The notes under the pieces are model-generated. The model was not told the DNA's origin. It saw only the letters and a program-made list of their open reading frames with translations, and made no database searches. Below, in pieces: positions 1 to 9,817 of a stretch of 64,000 nt of DNA (the first letter of the stretch is position 1; each line of letters starts with the position of its first letter). The translations under genes and the position numbers were made by a program. Where the stretch lies: positions 414,841 to 478,840 of the IMG/VR virus record IMGVR_UViG_3300044957_000763, one strand, 5' to 3'.

Positions 1-55
1 ACATTGTTTCTGTTGGAGTTCAAAATATTAGACAAGGTACAGAACAAATTCAGGA

Positions 56-820
56 ATGAACAAGCACTGGCCTATTGTTATCTACCCAGAGGTCGCTGCA
101 GCGGCGCTCAAAGCCAAAGTGCACGCCGCATATGCGGTATTCATAATTGTCAAAGTTTATGACTCACACAGAGGTGGTTCAGGTCTTGTATCTATCCGCG
201 AACTTGTCGAGATAGCGCAGAAAACACTTGGCGTTAGCAAAAGCCAGGCATATCGAGTCATTTCAGGTGGTATTGGTGTGTTTTGGAGGGAACCCAGGCA
301 CAAGACCGTGGGTTTGTTTTCTCACCTCAGGGCATATTACAATCTCGGTATTGAAATGTTTTCATCCAAGCCAATTCGTCTAACTGTTGCACAAATTGGA
401 TATGATTCAGAAAATTATAGTGGGTCTTACATTAAAGACCTGATGGTGAGTTGCGTGGCTTCTTGGGACAGCGGTTGTTCGGCAATTGCTGTTGAAACCA
501 TCGCGGAACTTACAGGGATTTCAACCAGAACAATACGGAGACAAATCAAGTATATGTCATGTCGCTCTAGTGGAATTGTCCTTGATGTTTCAACATGTTA
601 CAAAGTAAAGTGCGATAATATCAATCAGACAGAGGCCAACGCACGTGTTCAGCAATTGAATTCAAGCGGGATGGTTAAATATCATTCGGCCCCAAAAGAC
701 GGCAAGTTTGTAATACTTGAAAGAACTGGCAATCTATATAGTTTGAGTGGTGTGGAGCGACTTGGGAGGAGGCGCAGACACAGGCATCTGAAACATGTGT
801 CAAACTGGAGAAAAGACTAA
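56..820 (+). CDS. Putative DNA-binding protein with two HTH-like segments
   Basis: 254 aa ORF with two HTH-like stretches (SIRELVEIAQKTLGVSKSQAYRVI; AVETIAELTGISTRTIRRQIK) and a basic C-terminus; directly upstream of dnaE. Confidence 0.45.
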   Translation: MNKHWPIVIYPEVAAAALKAKVHAAYAVFIIVKVYDSHRGGSGLVSIRELVEIAQKTLGVSKSQAYRVISGGIGVFWREPRHKTVGLFSHLRAYYNLGIEMFSSKPIRLTVAQIGYDSENYSGSYIKDLMVSCVASWDSGCSAIAVETIAELTGISTRTIRRQIKYMSCRSSGIVLDVSTCYKVKCDNINQTEANARVQQLNSSGMVKYHSAPKDGKFVILERTGNLYSLSGVERLGRRRRHRHLKHVSNWRKD

Positions 821-821
821 C

Positions 822-3800
822 ATGTGTAACAGCAAACAGAATTTCGTACATCTGCACAACCACACTTGGTATTCAGTCCAGGACGCATTACCTTCACCGA
901 CTGACCTTGCAATGACCGCAAGAAAGGAGGGTTTTCCAGCCGTTGCTATCACAGACCATGGTCGAATGGGCGGATGTATTGAGTTCTTTGAGGCATGCAA
1001 CAAACCCGTTGACGGGTTAGACCCAATTAAGCCCATTCTTGGTTGTGAAATGTACGTTGTTCCAGACCGGTTTGATAAAGACATGGTCATTGATGAATAC
1101 GGTAACAAGCGAAGGAGAAAGACATGGCACTTGACCATGTTGGCCAAGAACCAAACTGGATACCGTAATCTACTAGCACTAAGCCGTCTTGGTGCAGAGC
1201 AAGACGCTTATCACTATTTTCCTCGAATTGACTGGGACATTATTACCCAGCACAGCGAGGGCGTTATATGCATGAGTGGATGCTTGGGTTCTGAGGTCAA
1301 TCAACAGTTATCTCGAGAAGATATTGATGGTGCAAGAGAGACGATGCGCCGATACAAAGAGGTATTTGGAGATGACTATTATGGTGAATTGCAGTATCAC
1401 GGTATTGATTTACAAAAACACAACTTGCCATTATTGCTTGATTTGTGCAAGGAATTAGACATCAAGACCGCATGCTCTAATGACATACACTATCTACAAA
1501 AAGAGCAGTGGGAACTGCACGATGTCTTGATTCATATGCGCGAATCGCTTACCAAGGATAATTCAGAGGTAAAGGAAAGCGGCAAGCGTGAAGCATACGG
1601 AAGCCACGAATTCTACATGAAAACAGAAGCACAAATGCGCAAGATGTTCGGCAAGGTAGAAGAATGCGTGGACAACACACTTGAAATTGCTGATAAAGTC
1701 GAGAATTTCATGCAAGCCAACGTGCCGCACATGTTGCCCAGTGCAGAGATTCCATTCAATGACCAAATGTTCAATGATTTCAAATCAAAGCACTATCCAT
1801 ACCACAGGCCAAACGAGGCATACTTGGCTTATCTTTCCATCACTGGACTAAAAGCACTTGGTTTAGCTGACAATCCTGTTTACAAGGCACGACTGAAGTA
1901 TGAGTTGACTACGGTCTGGAATATGGGTGTAACTGACTACTTCTTGATTCAGCGCGAGCTGGCTGAATTTATGAAACAGGCGCATATTCGATTTGGTATT
2001 CGTGGTTCTGGGGTCGCGAGCTTAATCAATTACTGCCTTGGAATCAGTGACATTGACCCGGTGCGCTGGAATCTTATGTTTGAGAGATTCCTCAATCCAG
2101 GTCGCGGCACTAAATACAAACTTGAATTCCCAGAAAAGCCAACAAAAGAATGGTTTGATGAACATGGCAAGCAACCTCAAGAAGAGGCGTGTGAAAGAAT
2201 CAAGACTGTTGCTAAGCAAGCAATAGCAGAAAACGCCGAACTCCGGCCGCTACAACCACAAATCCAAAAGGAAATCTGGGCGCTGGAAGGCCAAAAACTA
2301 GCCTCATATGTCTGCGACCTGGCCGATTCTGGTTTCAAAACCGACAAAAACACCCCGAATCTTTGGAGTGCGTATTTCTTGGGTATTACGCCAGAAAAAC
2401 CCAATGGTGATATGGTGGTTGGTCAGGTTGCGACGTTACCTGACGTTGATACTGACATTGATGACCGATATCGAGATACTGCCATTGAGTGGGCAAGAAG
2501 AAGGTTCGGAGACGAACATGTTGCCATTGTTGGTAACTGGGGTACATACGCAATCAAAGCCGCTGTTACTGCTTGTTTGAAGAGCTCGAAGAAGTTCCAG
2601 CAACGATATGGTGAAAAGTCGCATATTGTAGCACAATCAATCTCAAAATCTATTCCGGTTCAACCGGCTCACACGGAAGACCCAGAAGAGCCACTGGAGT
2701 TTGCGATTAAGCAAAACCCTGACTTGAACCAATATGTTAAGCAGTTCCCAGATGAGTTTGAGTCTGCCAGAAGATTGATAGGTGTAGTTTCCAATCTTGG
2801 CGTCCACGCTTCGGCTGTTGTTATTGCAAGCCAACCCATTAACTGGCACACACCACTTGAGCGCTCAAACAAAGGCGTGGTCACAGCCTACGACATGAAT
2901 GATGTTGAAAAGATAGGGATGGTCAAATACGACTTTCTGGGTTTGGCTATGCATCAAAAGATTGAACGTGCTTTGAAGTACATCAAGGAACGACACGGCA
3001 AAGACATTGACTTGCGCAACATTCCAATGGACGACAAAAAGGTCTTAAATCTCTTTAATGAAAAGAAAACCACCACGCTCTTCCAATTTGGCAGTGATGG
3101 CATGAAGGATTCTTTGAGCAAGGTACAAGTTAGCGATGTCGAAGACTTGATTGCCGTTGTGTCTTTGTTTAGACCAGGGCCACTTCAGTTTATTCCTGAC
3201 TATGCGTCATACAAGCGCAATCCTAATACTGTGCGCTATCCGCACGAAATCATCAAGCGACATCTTGGGGTTACATATGGCATTCCTGTATATCAAGAAC
3301 AAGTCATGCTTGTTTGCCGGGATATGGCAAATTTTGACCATGACGAGGTCGATAGCATGCGCAAAGCAGTGTCAAAGAAGAATCCTGTAGCTTTTGAAAA
3401 ATGCTGTAAGTTGTTTAAGGAAAAGGCCACCAAGGCAGGCATTGACGGAAAAATTGTTGACATGACACTGGAAAGCTGGAAGGGATTTGCAGGATACGCA
3501 TTTAACCGAGCGCATGCTGCGTCATATGCCATTTTGGCTTACCGTGGTGCATATCTAAGAGCGTACTATCCTGTTGAGTGGCTCGCAGCGTGTATACAGA
3601 CAGATATTACAGGAAACAAACAAGACAGGGTTGGAGACCATATTCATGAATGTGAATCAGAGCGACCACGAATTGTAGTATCTGGGCCAGATGTTAATAT
3701 ATCTAAACTCGAGGTATCAATTACTGAAAATGATGTCATAGTTCTACCACTCACATATATTAAGGGTATTGGTGCCAATGGATGTGAGTTCATGGACGGT

Positions 3801-4121
3801 GCTCCATACGAAGATGTCAAAGATTTCATCATACGTGGCGAACCGTCAAGAACGATGCTTCGCAACCTGGTAGAATCAGGTGCGCTCAGAAGTTTTCCTG
3901 ACTACAAAGGTGGCGACATTGATAGATTTATGGAACGTGTTGAGCCATATTATGTAGAACTAGACAGTATAAAACGTGAGGCAAAGAAGGCCGAGAAGCA
4001 ACGATACACCTCAATGTCACCATTGCAAAAAACCAGCACTGTAACCGCGAGGCCACTTCGGGCCGCCGGCAAGCCATTTAGGCCTAAGTCTAAGCCATCA
4101 ATTTTAGATAGTTTTGAGTGA
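822..4121 (+). CDS. dnaE: DNA polymerase III alpha subunit (family C), phage-encoded
   Basis: PHP motifs HLHNHTWYSVQD, AITDHG, GCEMY, CSNDIHY; IRGSGVAS; FERFLNP; catalytic PDVDTD; KYDFLGL; GIPVYQEQVM; YAFNRAHAASY. ORF track starts at 795; ATG 822 has GGAG at 807-810 and follows the stop at 820. Confidence 0.97.
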   Translation: MCNSKQNFVHLHNHTWYSVQDALPSPTDLAMTARKEGFPAVAITDHGRMGGCIEFFEACNKPVDGLDPIKPILGCEMYVVPDRFDKDMVIDEYGNKRRRKTWHLTMLAKNQTGYRNLLALSRLGAEQDAYHYFPRIDWDIITQHSEGVICMSGCLGSEVNQQLSREDIDGARETMRRYKEVFGDDYYGELQYHGIDLQKHNLPLLLDLCKELDIKTACSNDIHYLQKEQWELHDVLIHMRESLTKDNSEVKESGKREAYGSHEFYMKTEAQMRKMFGKVEECVDNTLEIADKVENFMQANVPHMLPSAEIPFNDQMFNDFKSKHYPYHRPNEAYLAYLSITGLKALGLADNPVYKARLKYELTTVWNMGVTDYFLIQRELAEFMKQAHIRFGIRGSGVASLINYCLGISDIDPVRWNLMFERFLNPGRGTKYKLEFPEKPTKEWFDEHGKQPQEEACERIKTVAKQAIAENAELRPLQPQIQKEIWALEGQKLASYVCDLADSGFKTDKNTPNLWSAYFLGITPEKPNGDMVVGQVATLPDVDTDIDDRYRDTAIEWARRRFGDEHVAIVGNWGTYAIKAAVTACLKSSKKFQQRYGEKSHIVAQSISKSIPVQPAHTEDPEEPLEFAIKQNPDLNQYVKQFPDEFESARRLIGVVSNLGVHASAVVIASQPINWHTPLERSNKGVVTAYDMNDVEKIGMVKYDFLGLAMHQKIERALKYIKERHGKDIDLRNIPMDDKKVLNLFNEKKTTTLFQFGSDGMKDSLSKVQVSDVEDLIAVVSLFRPGPLQFIPDYASYKRNPNTVRYPHEIIKRHLGVTYGIPVYQEQVMLVCRDMANFDHDEVDSMRKAVSKKNPVAFEKCCKLFKEKATKAGIDGKIVDMTLESWKGFAGYAFNRAHAASYAILAYRGAYLRAYYPVEWLAACIQTDITGNKQDRVGDHIHECESERPRIVVSGPDVNISKLEVSITENDVIVLPLTYIKGIGANGCEFMDGAPYEDVKDFIIRGEPSRTMLRNLVESGALRSFPDYKGGDIDRFMERVEPYYVELDSIKREAKKAEKQRYTSMSPLQKTSTVTARPLRAAGKPFRPKSKPSILDSFE

Positions 4122-4125
4122 TATT

Positions 4126-4806
4126 ATGAGCGAATTAGAAACAGAACCAGTTATTGAAGTTGAAATCCCACAAGATTTCAAATCATTGATTCATGTTGAC
4201 TCAACGGCTTTAATAGCTCATATTATGAGTCTGGATGGAGTTAAAGACTTCAATGAAGAGTTCATGATGTGGCAAGAGTATTTGTCGCGTTTGGAGCCAT
4301 ATGACGACGATACAATTAGTGAAAAATTAAGAAATGTAGACTTAACCAATCTTATGCCACCAGAGCGTAGCAACAGCGTAGACAACGCGTATCAAGCGTA
4401 TTACCGACTTGTTGAAACCCAAAGATACCTTTACAGTCTTCAAAAACCGGTATGGAATAGAGCCGAAATGCTCAAGGATGCCATCAAGTCACTAAGGTCT
4501 GCCGCGAGGGGAATGTTTAAGGGCACAGACAAAGACAAAGAGGCTCACTCAGACAGAATGGTTCGTAATTTTACAGCAGAACTAAGCAGAGCAAAATGTT
4601 TGCTTGGTGCAATCAATTCATCAATTGAAACCGTTGAGTTTGCGGCCATGCAAGCCTCCAGGGTTATCAAGGAAAAAGAATTTGAACTAAAGGTCAATGG
4701 CTCGTATGCTTCTCAGGGTCAGTCAAGTATCTACAATAGACATTTGCAAGCTGAAGAAGAAGACGATGACAGTCCGGTTCCATCAAAATATCGCAGACAA
4801 ACATGA
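4126..4806 (+). CDS. Helical/coiled-coil protein, possibly a UvsY-like recombination mediator
   Basis: Predicted all-helical with an acidic tail; sits just before the gp32-like SSB and RecA. Resemblance to UvsY is by pattern and context only. ATG 4126 preferred over TTG 4114. Confidence 0.35.
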   Translation: MSELETEPVIEVEIPQDFKSLIHVDSTALIAHIMSLDGVKDFNEEFMMWQEYLSRLEPYDDDTISEKLRNVDLTNLMPPERSNSVDNAYQAYYRLVETQRYLYSLQKPVWNRAEMLKDAIKSLRSAARGMFKGTDKDKEAHSDRMVRNFTAELSRAKCLLGAINSSIETVEFAAMQASRVIKEKEFELKVNGSYASQGQSSIYNRHLQAEEEDDDSPVPSKYRRQT

Positions 4807-4819
4807 ATTTCCTGATGCG

Positions 4820-4835
4820 ATGTGCGATAAGTAAA
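4820..4835 (+). promoter_or_regulatory. 16-bp element ATGTGCGATAAGTAAA, copy 1 (ssb leader)
   Basis: Identical copy at 11623-11638. Confidence 0.65.
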
Positions 4836-4982
4836 TTGTAGGCGAAAAAAGTCTACAAAGTCGGCAAGTCGAAGAGATTTCTTCAGAAAATCTTGTATAA
4901 GACTAACGGCACGAAATAGACAGATTAGGAAATGCGGATGAATTCCAAAAGCCATTTCCACTGCACATAGCCAGGAGAAAAC

Positions 4983-5984
4983 ATGTCATATAGCAACACA
5001 AACCAACGCATTGCCCAGGGTCAAATGGGCGGCAACAATCGCAACAGCCTAAAAGATGGCTACGTCGACCTTAAGGTCAGCAAGGATGCAACAGAAAAGG
5101 AAGTTTGCGTCCGTCTCATTGGTCTCCCCTACGCATTTACCCAACATCAGGCTAAGGTGTACAACGAGGAGCTCAAAAAGCGAGTGGATTTTCCATTCCC
5201 AGACCACGACGAAAAGCAAAAGTTCTCAAGAAACTGGCTCAGTCCAGACGCAAAAGATGACCGTTATCCAGACGTCAACCCATGGGCTGAGGCTGGGTAT
5301 CCTGGGTCTCTTCGGTATGCACAAAACGTGCTACTCAGGAATCCTGATGGTTCATTTAGTGTTAAGATTCTTGAGAAGGGCAAGATGCTCTTCGACCAAT
5401 TCACCGACATCGAAAAAATGAACATGCGTCGCAATGAGCAACGCAAGAACAACAACTTGGTCACATGTCTTGGTGGTGAAATCACTCACGACATCTACGT
5501 GCTGGCCCAGTTCAACCCAAAGAAGCCGTTGATTCCAGACCTCAAGGTGTCTCTTGAGACTGAAACCTGCGAAATCACAGATGAAGAAATCGAGGCATTA
5601 AAGAAAATCGGATACCCAACCGAAGAAGAACTCGAAGAGATGTTTGCTCGAGAGCCGTTTCTCGAAGAACTGCCTCGTTGGTTCTGGTATGGTTACCAGC
5701 TTCATCGCATCTACAAGCCAGACCTGTTCCCAGGTTCTGAAGAGGTAACTGGTCGCGCAACTACATCTCGCGGCGAGCTTGATATGAGCAATGCCACGAA
5801 TGATGACGAAGATGAAGAGGAAGCAAAGCCAGCGGCAAGGTCTACTCGTTCATCTTCGACAGCAACCGCCGTGGCTGCAAAACCAGTCTCCAAGCCAGCA
5901 ACCGCCAAGGCACCAAAGGTTGATGAAGAATCAGAGGACGAAAGCGCCTTTGAGTCCGAAGAACCCAGCGAAGACGACTGGTAA
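4983..5984 (+). CDS. gp32-like single-stranded DNA-binding protein
   Basis: 333 aa; YAQNVLLRNPDGSFSVKILEKGKMLFDQF core, Ala/Lys/Pro linker, very acidic tail ending EEPSEDDW; strong RBS (AGGAG); between dnaE and recA. Confidence 0.75.
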   Translation: MSYSNTNQRIAQGQMGGNNRNSLKDGYVDLKVSKDATEKEVCVRLIGLPYAFTQHQAKVYNEELKKRVDFPFPDHDEKQKFSRNWLSPDAKDDRYPDVNPWAEAGYPGSLRYAQNVLLRNPDGSFSVKILEKGKMLFDQFTDIEKMNMRRNEQRKNNNLVTCLGGEITHDIYVLAQFNPKKPLIPDLKVSLETETCEITDEEIEALKKIGYPTEEELEEMFAREPFLEELPRWFWYGYQLHRIYKPDLFPGSEEVTGRATTSRGELDMSNATNDDEDEEEAKPAARSTRSSSTATAVAAKPVSKPATAKAPKVDEESEDESAFESEEPSEDDW

Positions 5985-5998
5985 TCTCGACACAAATC

Positions 5999-6027
5999 TA
6001 AGGGTGCTGTTTCCAACAGCACCCTTA
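5999..6027 (+). terminator. Perfect 13-bp hairpin between ssb and recA (weak U-tract)
   Basis: taagggtgctgtt-tcc-aacagcaccctta. Confidence 0.6.
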
Positions 6028-6050
6028 CTTGCCCAAAATGCACCAAAATT

Positions 6051-7289
6051 ATGTCAAAAAATAACGAAAAGAAAGAAAGCCAAGACTTGGCACAGCGCAT
6101 AGAGGAGCGGAGAAAGGTCGTTGAGGCTCGCCAGAAGAAATTCGGAATCCCAAAGAGTACACTGTTGGTAGGCGGAGAGCACGAGAAGTATGATTTTGTA
6201 CCACTTGGTATTTCAGAAATCGACTCTAAACTCAAAACCAAAGCCATTACCGGAGAAGAGCAATTTGGACTATTGCGTGGCACTATAGTAGAGTTTTGCG
6301 GACCATCTATGTCTGGCAAAACATACGCCGCATATCATTTGGCCAAAGAGCATCAGAAACTTGGTCTTAGGGTACTCTTTGTAGATATTGAGCGCGGTTA
6401 CTATGAACCACGGGCTGTCCAGCTTGGGGTGAATATTGAAGACCCAGACCTTTGGGAAGTCCAGAAGGTTACATTTGCTGCAGGTACAGTTGGCGACTAT
6501 GTCGTTGAATGTGTCAATAGCGGCGATTACGGACTCATTATTGTTGACTCAATTGCCACTCTTATTCCAGATGCTGACTTTGAAAAGTCACTAGAAGACA
6601 ACGCTAAGGTGGGTGCTCACGCCATGTTCATGGGGCAGTTTTTGAGAAAACTTGTCTCGAGCAAAATGGAGGAGAACTTGACCACTGTAGTACTCATCAA
6701 CCAGTTCCGAACAGGTTCTGGTGCCATGCCAAACAGCTTTACAGACAAATCGTCTGGTGGCAAGGCTGTAGAATACTGGTCTCGTATCAGACTGTGGTTT
6801 GCCAGAATTGGCGGCAAAGATGGATGGGTAATAGACGGCAAGGGCAATCGCATTGGTGGTCGGTCTAGATGCACCATTTACAAAACAAAAACCGGAGGTC
6901 AGGACGAAATCGCAGAGTTCCCTGTGTATTTTGTGCCGGCTGACAATGATTTGGTAGGAGAGTTCCTTCACAGGACAATCAACAACAAGGACTTTGAGGG
7001 CATTGTAACACACACTGCACCTCGTGGCAGCCGCGAAAAGCTGTTCCGATATGTTGATGAGACTACTGGTGAACTTATTGCCACACCAAATAAGTATGAG
7101 TTCTGTATTGCGATGATGCACGCTAGTCCTCCCGAAAAGCGGCCGCGTACTGATAAATCAGATACTATGTTTGAGTACATGTGTGCTAGGCTGAAACTTA
7201 AAGAAGACCAGGTGGAAGCACTTGTAGAGCGCATCAAAAACCCGCCTGCTGATGACAATGACTCAGGTCTTGACAGTGAATCAGACTAA
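6051..7289 (+). CDS. recA: RecA/UvsX-family recombinase
   Basis: Walker A GPSMSGKT, Walker B LIIVDSIATL, VVLINQFR, SGGKAVEYWSRIRL. Confidence 0.93.
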   Translation: MSKNNEKKESQDLAQRIEERRKVVEARQKKFGIPKSTLLVGGEHEKYDFVPLGISEIDSKLKTKAITGEEQFGLLRGTIVEFCGPSMSGKTYAAYHLAKEHQKLGLRVLFVDIERGYYEPRAVQLGVNIEDPDLWEVQKVTFAAGTVGDYVVECVNSGDYGLIIVDSIATLIPDADFEKSLEDNAKVGAHAMFMGQFLRKLVSSKMEENLTTVVLINQFRTGSGAMPNSFTDKSSGGKAVEYWSRIRLWFARIGGKDGWVIDGKGNRIGGRSRCTIYKTKTGGQDEIAEFPVYFVPADNDLVGEFLHRTINNKDFEGIVTHTAPRGSREKLFRYVDETTGELIATPNKYEFCIAMMHASPPEKRPRTDKSDTMFEYMCARLKLKEDQVEALVERIKNPPADDNDSGLDSESD

Positions 7290-8037
7290 TGTCAATGGAC
7301 AGTCAATGATGGCATCTTTCTGCCAGTCGCTATCCCGTTCTCAGGGCGGGATGGCATATTTGGCAGAAAGAAACATTCCTGAATCGTTGGTTGAACAAGG
7401 AATGCTCGGATACATACCGCCATATTCCAGTCACTGGTTCCCATTATTGAAGGGCAGGCTAGTTACACCGATTTGCGATGCCACAGGCAACATCAAGGCA
7501 TTGGCAGGAAGACAGTTGCCGTTTGCAAGAGATTCTGTTGCCAAAGCATATCGAGAGTACAACTCAAGCAAACACGCGCAAGAACTGATTGACAAATGGG
7601 ACCGTGCAAAATGGATAAATGAACCATATCCAAAACGCAAACTGCTTTACAACCTGCACCGAGCCAAGAGTTTTGCGCGAGAGCGCGGATATATCAATCT
7701 GGTAGAGGGGTATCTAGACGCAGGGGTTTTGTCGTGTAAGCATATGGAAAACACAGCGGCTTTATGTGGCATCTCGTTAACAGAACATCATGCTGCGATA
7801 ATATCTAGATATTGCGATACCGTTGTGTTGCTTTATGATGGTGACCAAGCTGGTGTAGACGCCGGGGCTGAATCCAGAAGAGTTGCAGAACAATATGATT
7901 TGAAATGTCATGCAGTTTTGTTGCCAACTGGGTGGGACCCTGATGATTTTGTAGTGAAAAAGGGCGGCAAAAATTTACGCCGGGCTATTGAGGGGATGAT
8001 AGAAAGAAATGAGTATGAACTCGAAATCAAAATCTAA
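7252..8037 (+). CDS. dnaG: DnaG-type primase catalytic core (Toprim), lacking the zinc-binding domain
   Basis: YLAERNI, GRLVTPI..ALAGR, KWINEP, LYNLHRAK, LVEGYLD, AALCG, LLYDGDQAG, DPDDF; no CHC2 zinc ribbon. Start position uncertain. Confidence 0.88.
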   Translation: MTMTQVLTVNQTNVNGQSMMASFCQSLSRSQGGMAYLAERNIPESLVEQGMLGYIPPYSSHWFPLLKGRLVTPICDATGNIKALAGRQLPFARDSVAKAYREYNSSKHAQELIDKWDRAKWINEPYPKRKLLYNLHRAKSFARERGYINLVEGYLDAGVLSCKHMENTAALCGISLTEHHAAIISRYCDTVVLLYDGDQAGVDAGAESRRVAEQYDLKCHAVLLPTGWDPDDFVVKKGGKNLRRAIEGMIERNEYELEIKI

Positions 8038-9751
8038 AACAAAACTCCCGACCGAGTGGGTTTACAAAGATGCCGACTATGGCACCACGTTGCGACTTGC
8101 CAAAGACCTAAGAATGGTCAGGCCTGTGGCTGAAATCCTTGCTGGAAGGGGTTTTGAAGATGCGCACCAAGTGCGTGAATTCACCGAGTTTAACATTAGT
8201 CAGTTGCACAACCCGATGTTGCTACCAGACATGAAGCCTGCGCTCGATAGACTTGAGGCCGCTCTGGACGCAGAAGAAAGCATCTTTGTTTGGGGTGATT
8301 ATGATGTTGACGGAATCACATCAACTGCCATCATCATTCATGGAATCAGAATGCTAGGCGGAGAGGTTCATTATTACATACCACACCGCATTAAGGACGG
8401 CTATGACATTAAGCCAAAGGCAGTTGATATGGCATTAAGCAACAATTGTGGATTGTTGATGTCGGTTGATTGTGGGATTAAGGCATTAGAAGTTGGTGAA
8501 TATGCCAAAGAAAAAGGAATAGATTTGATTATTACTGACCACCACCACGCACGCACAGATGGGTTGATTCCTGAATGCATAGCAGTAATCAACCCAAATA
8601 GAATTGATGCAACATATCCTTTCAAGGGAATGGCTGGTTGTGGTATTGCGTTCAAGCTAATGGCTCAATTAGCCAAGAGAAGAAAGTTCAGTGTGCAAAA
8701 GATTTGCACTGAACTTTTAGAATATGTTGCACTAGGAACCATAGCAGACGTTGCTCCAATGTTAGATGAAAACCGATATATGGTTCATACAGGCTTGACG
8801 CTTATGGGTGATACGCAAAAAGCCGGCATGCGTGCTTTGTTAGATGAAGCCAATGTGAAGAACAGCGTCGACACAATGGCGGTGGGTTTCAGGCTTGGTC
8901 CGCGACTCAACGCAATGGGTCGAATTGGAGATGCCACAGATTCACTGCATTTAATTCTCGAACAAAACCCACATCATGCACGAAGACTTGCAGAACAGGC
9001 TAGTCGTCTAAACAAGAATCGCCAAAGCATGCAAGAGCAACAATTGCGCGAAGCTATTGCGCTAGTTGAAGAAGAACAGTTGGATAATGACATTATTGTT
9101 GTATCAAGCAACAATTGGCATCTTGGTGTTGTTGGTCTTATCGCGAGCCAACTAACACAAACATTTGGTCGACCGGCCATGGTTGGTGTTGATATGCCAA
9201 ATGGAGAAACGAAGGGTTCCTGTCGTTCATATAGAGATTTCCATATTCTCAATGCAATGGAGTCAGAAAATGTTCGAGGATTGTTTGTCAAGTACGGTGG
9301 CCACGCAATGGCTGCCGGATTTTCAATCAAGACTGACAAGATGCCAGAGCTTGTGGCTAATATCAATCAATATGCAAATGGTCAAGTCCCGGAAGAAAAA
9401 GCCAGAGTGATTGAAATTGACGCTGAAGTTATGTTCAATGAAGTTAACAACGCTTTGTACCTGGACTCCAAGAGGCTAGAACCATATGGCAACGGTCACT
9501 CATCTCCAATATTTGGGTGTGTTGAGGCATTGATTCACAAAATTGATACCATTGGTGAAAAACATTTGAAGTTGATATTCAAGGAACCCAATGGAAATCA
9601 AACCATTCAAGCAAGATGGTGGGGCAATGGGGCAAGAGTTAGTGAGTTTCCAGTAGGCAGTAAGGTCACAATTGCGTTCAAATTAGAGCATAGTGACTTC
9701 GGCGGTCAGGACTTTTTACAAATGACTGTTGAAGATATGAAATTGTTGTAG
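8009..9751 (+). CDS. recJ: ssDNA exonuclease RecJ (DHH family)
   Basis: GDYDVDG, SVDCGI, ITDHHH, LGTIADVAP, GPRLNAMGRI, KGSCRS, GGHAMAAG, LEPYGNG. Confidence 0.97.
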   Translation: MSMNSKSKSKTKLPTEWVYKDADYGTTLRLAKDLRMVRPVAEILAGRGFEDAHQVREFTEFNISQLHNPMLLPDMKPALDRLEAALDAEESIFVWGDYDVDGITSTAIIIHGIRMLGGEVHYYIPHRIKDGYDIKPKAVDMALSNNCGLLMSVDCGIKALEVGEYAKEKGIDLIITDHHHARTDGLIPECIAVINPNRIDATYPFKGMAGCGIAFKLMAQLAKRRKFSVQKICTELLEYVALGTIADVAPMLDENRYMVHTGLTLMGDTQKAGMRALLDEANVKNSVDTMAVGFRLGPRLNAMGRIGDATDSLHLILEQNPHHARRLAEQASRLNKNRQSMQEQQLREAIALVEEEQLDNDIIVVSSNNWHLGVVGLIASQLTQTFGRPAMVGVDMPNGETKGSCRSYRDFHILNAMESENVRGLFVKYGGHAMAAGFSIKTDKMPELVANINQYANGQVPEEKARVIEIDAEVMFNEVNNALYLDSKRLEPYGNGHSSPIFGCVEALIHKIDTIGEKHLKLIFKEPNGNQTIQARWWGNGARVSEFPVGSKVTIAFKLEHSDFGGQDFLQMTVEDMKLL

Positions 9752-9817
9752 TTTTTAGGTCTCTGTATAAACTATCTCCACAGACACTATTAAAGTGTAG
9801 GCGACGCACTGTAGCGT

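Noticed and set aside
2107-2435. Intein in dnaE
   Set aside because: No Cys/Ser/Ala block A, no terminal His-Asn and no endonuclease motifs; kept as an ordinary insertion or duplication.
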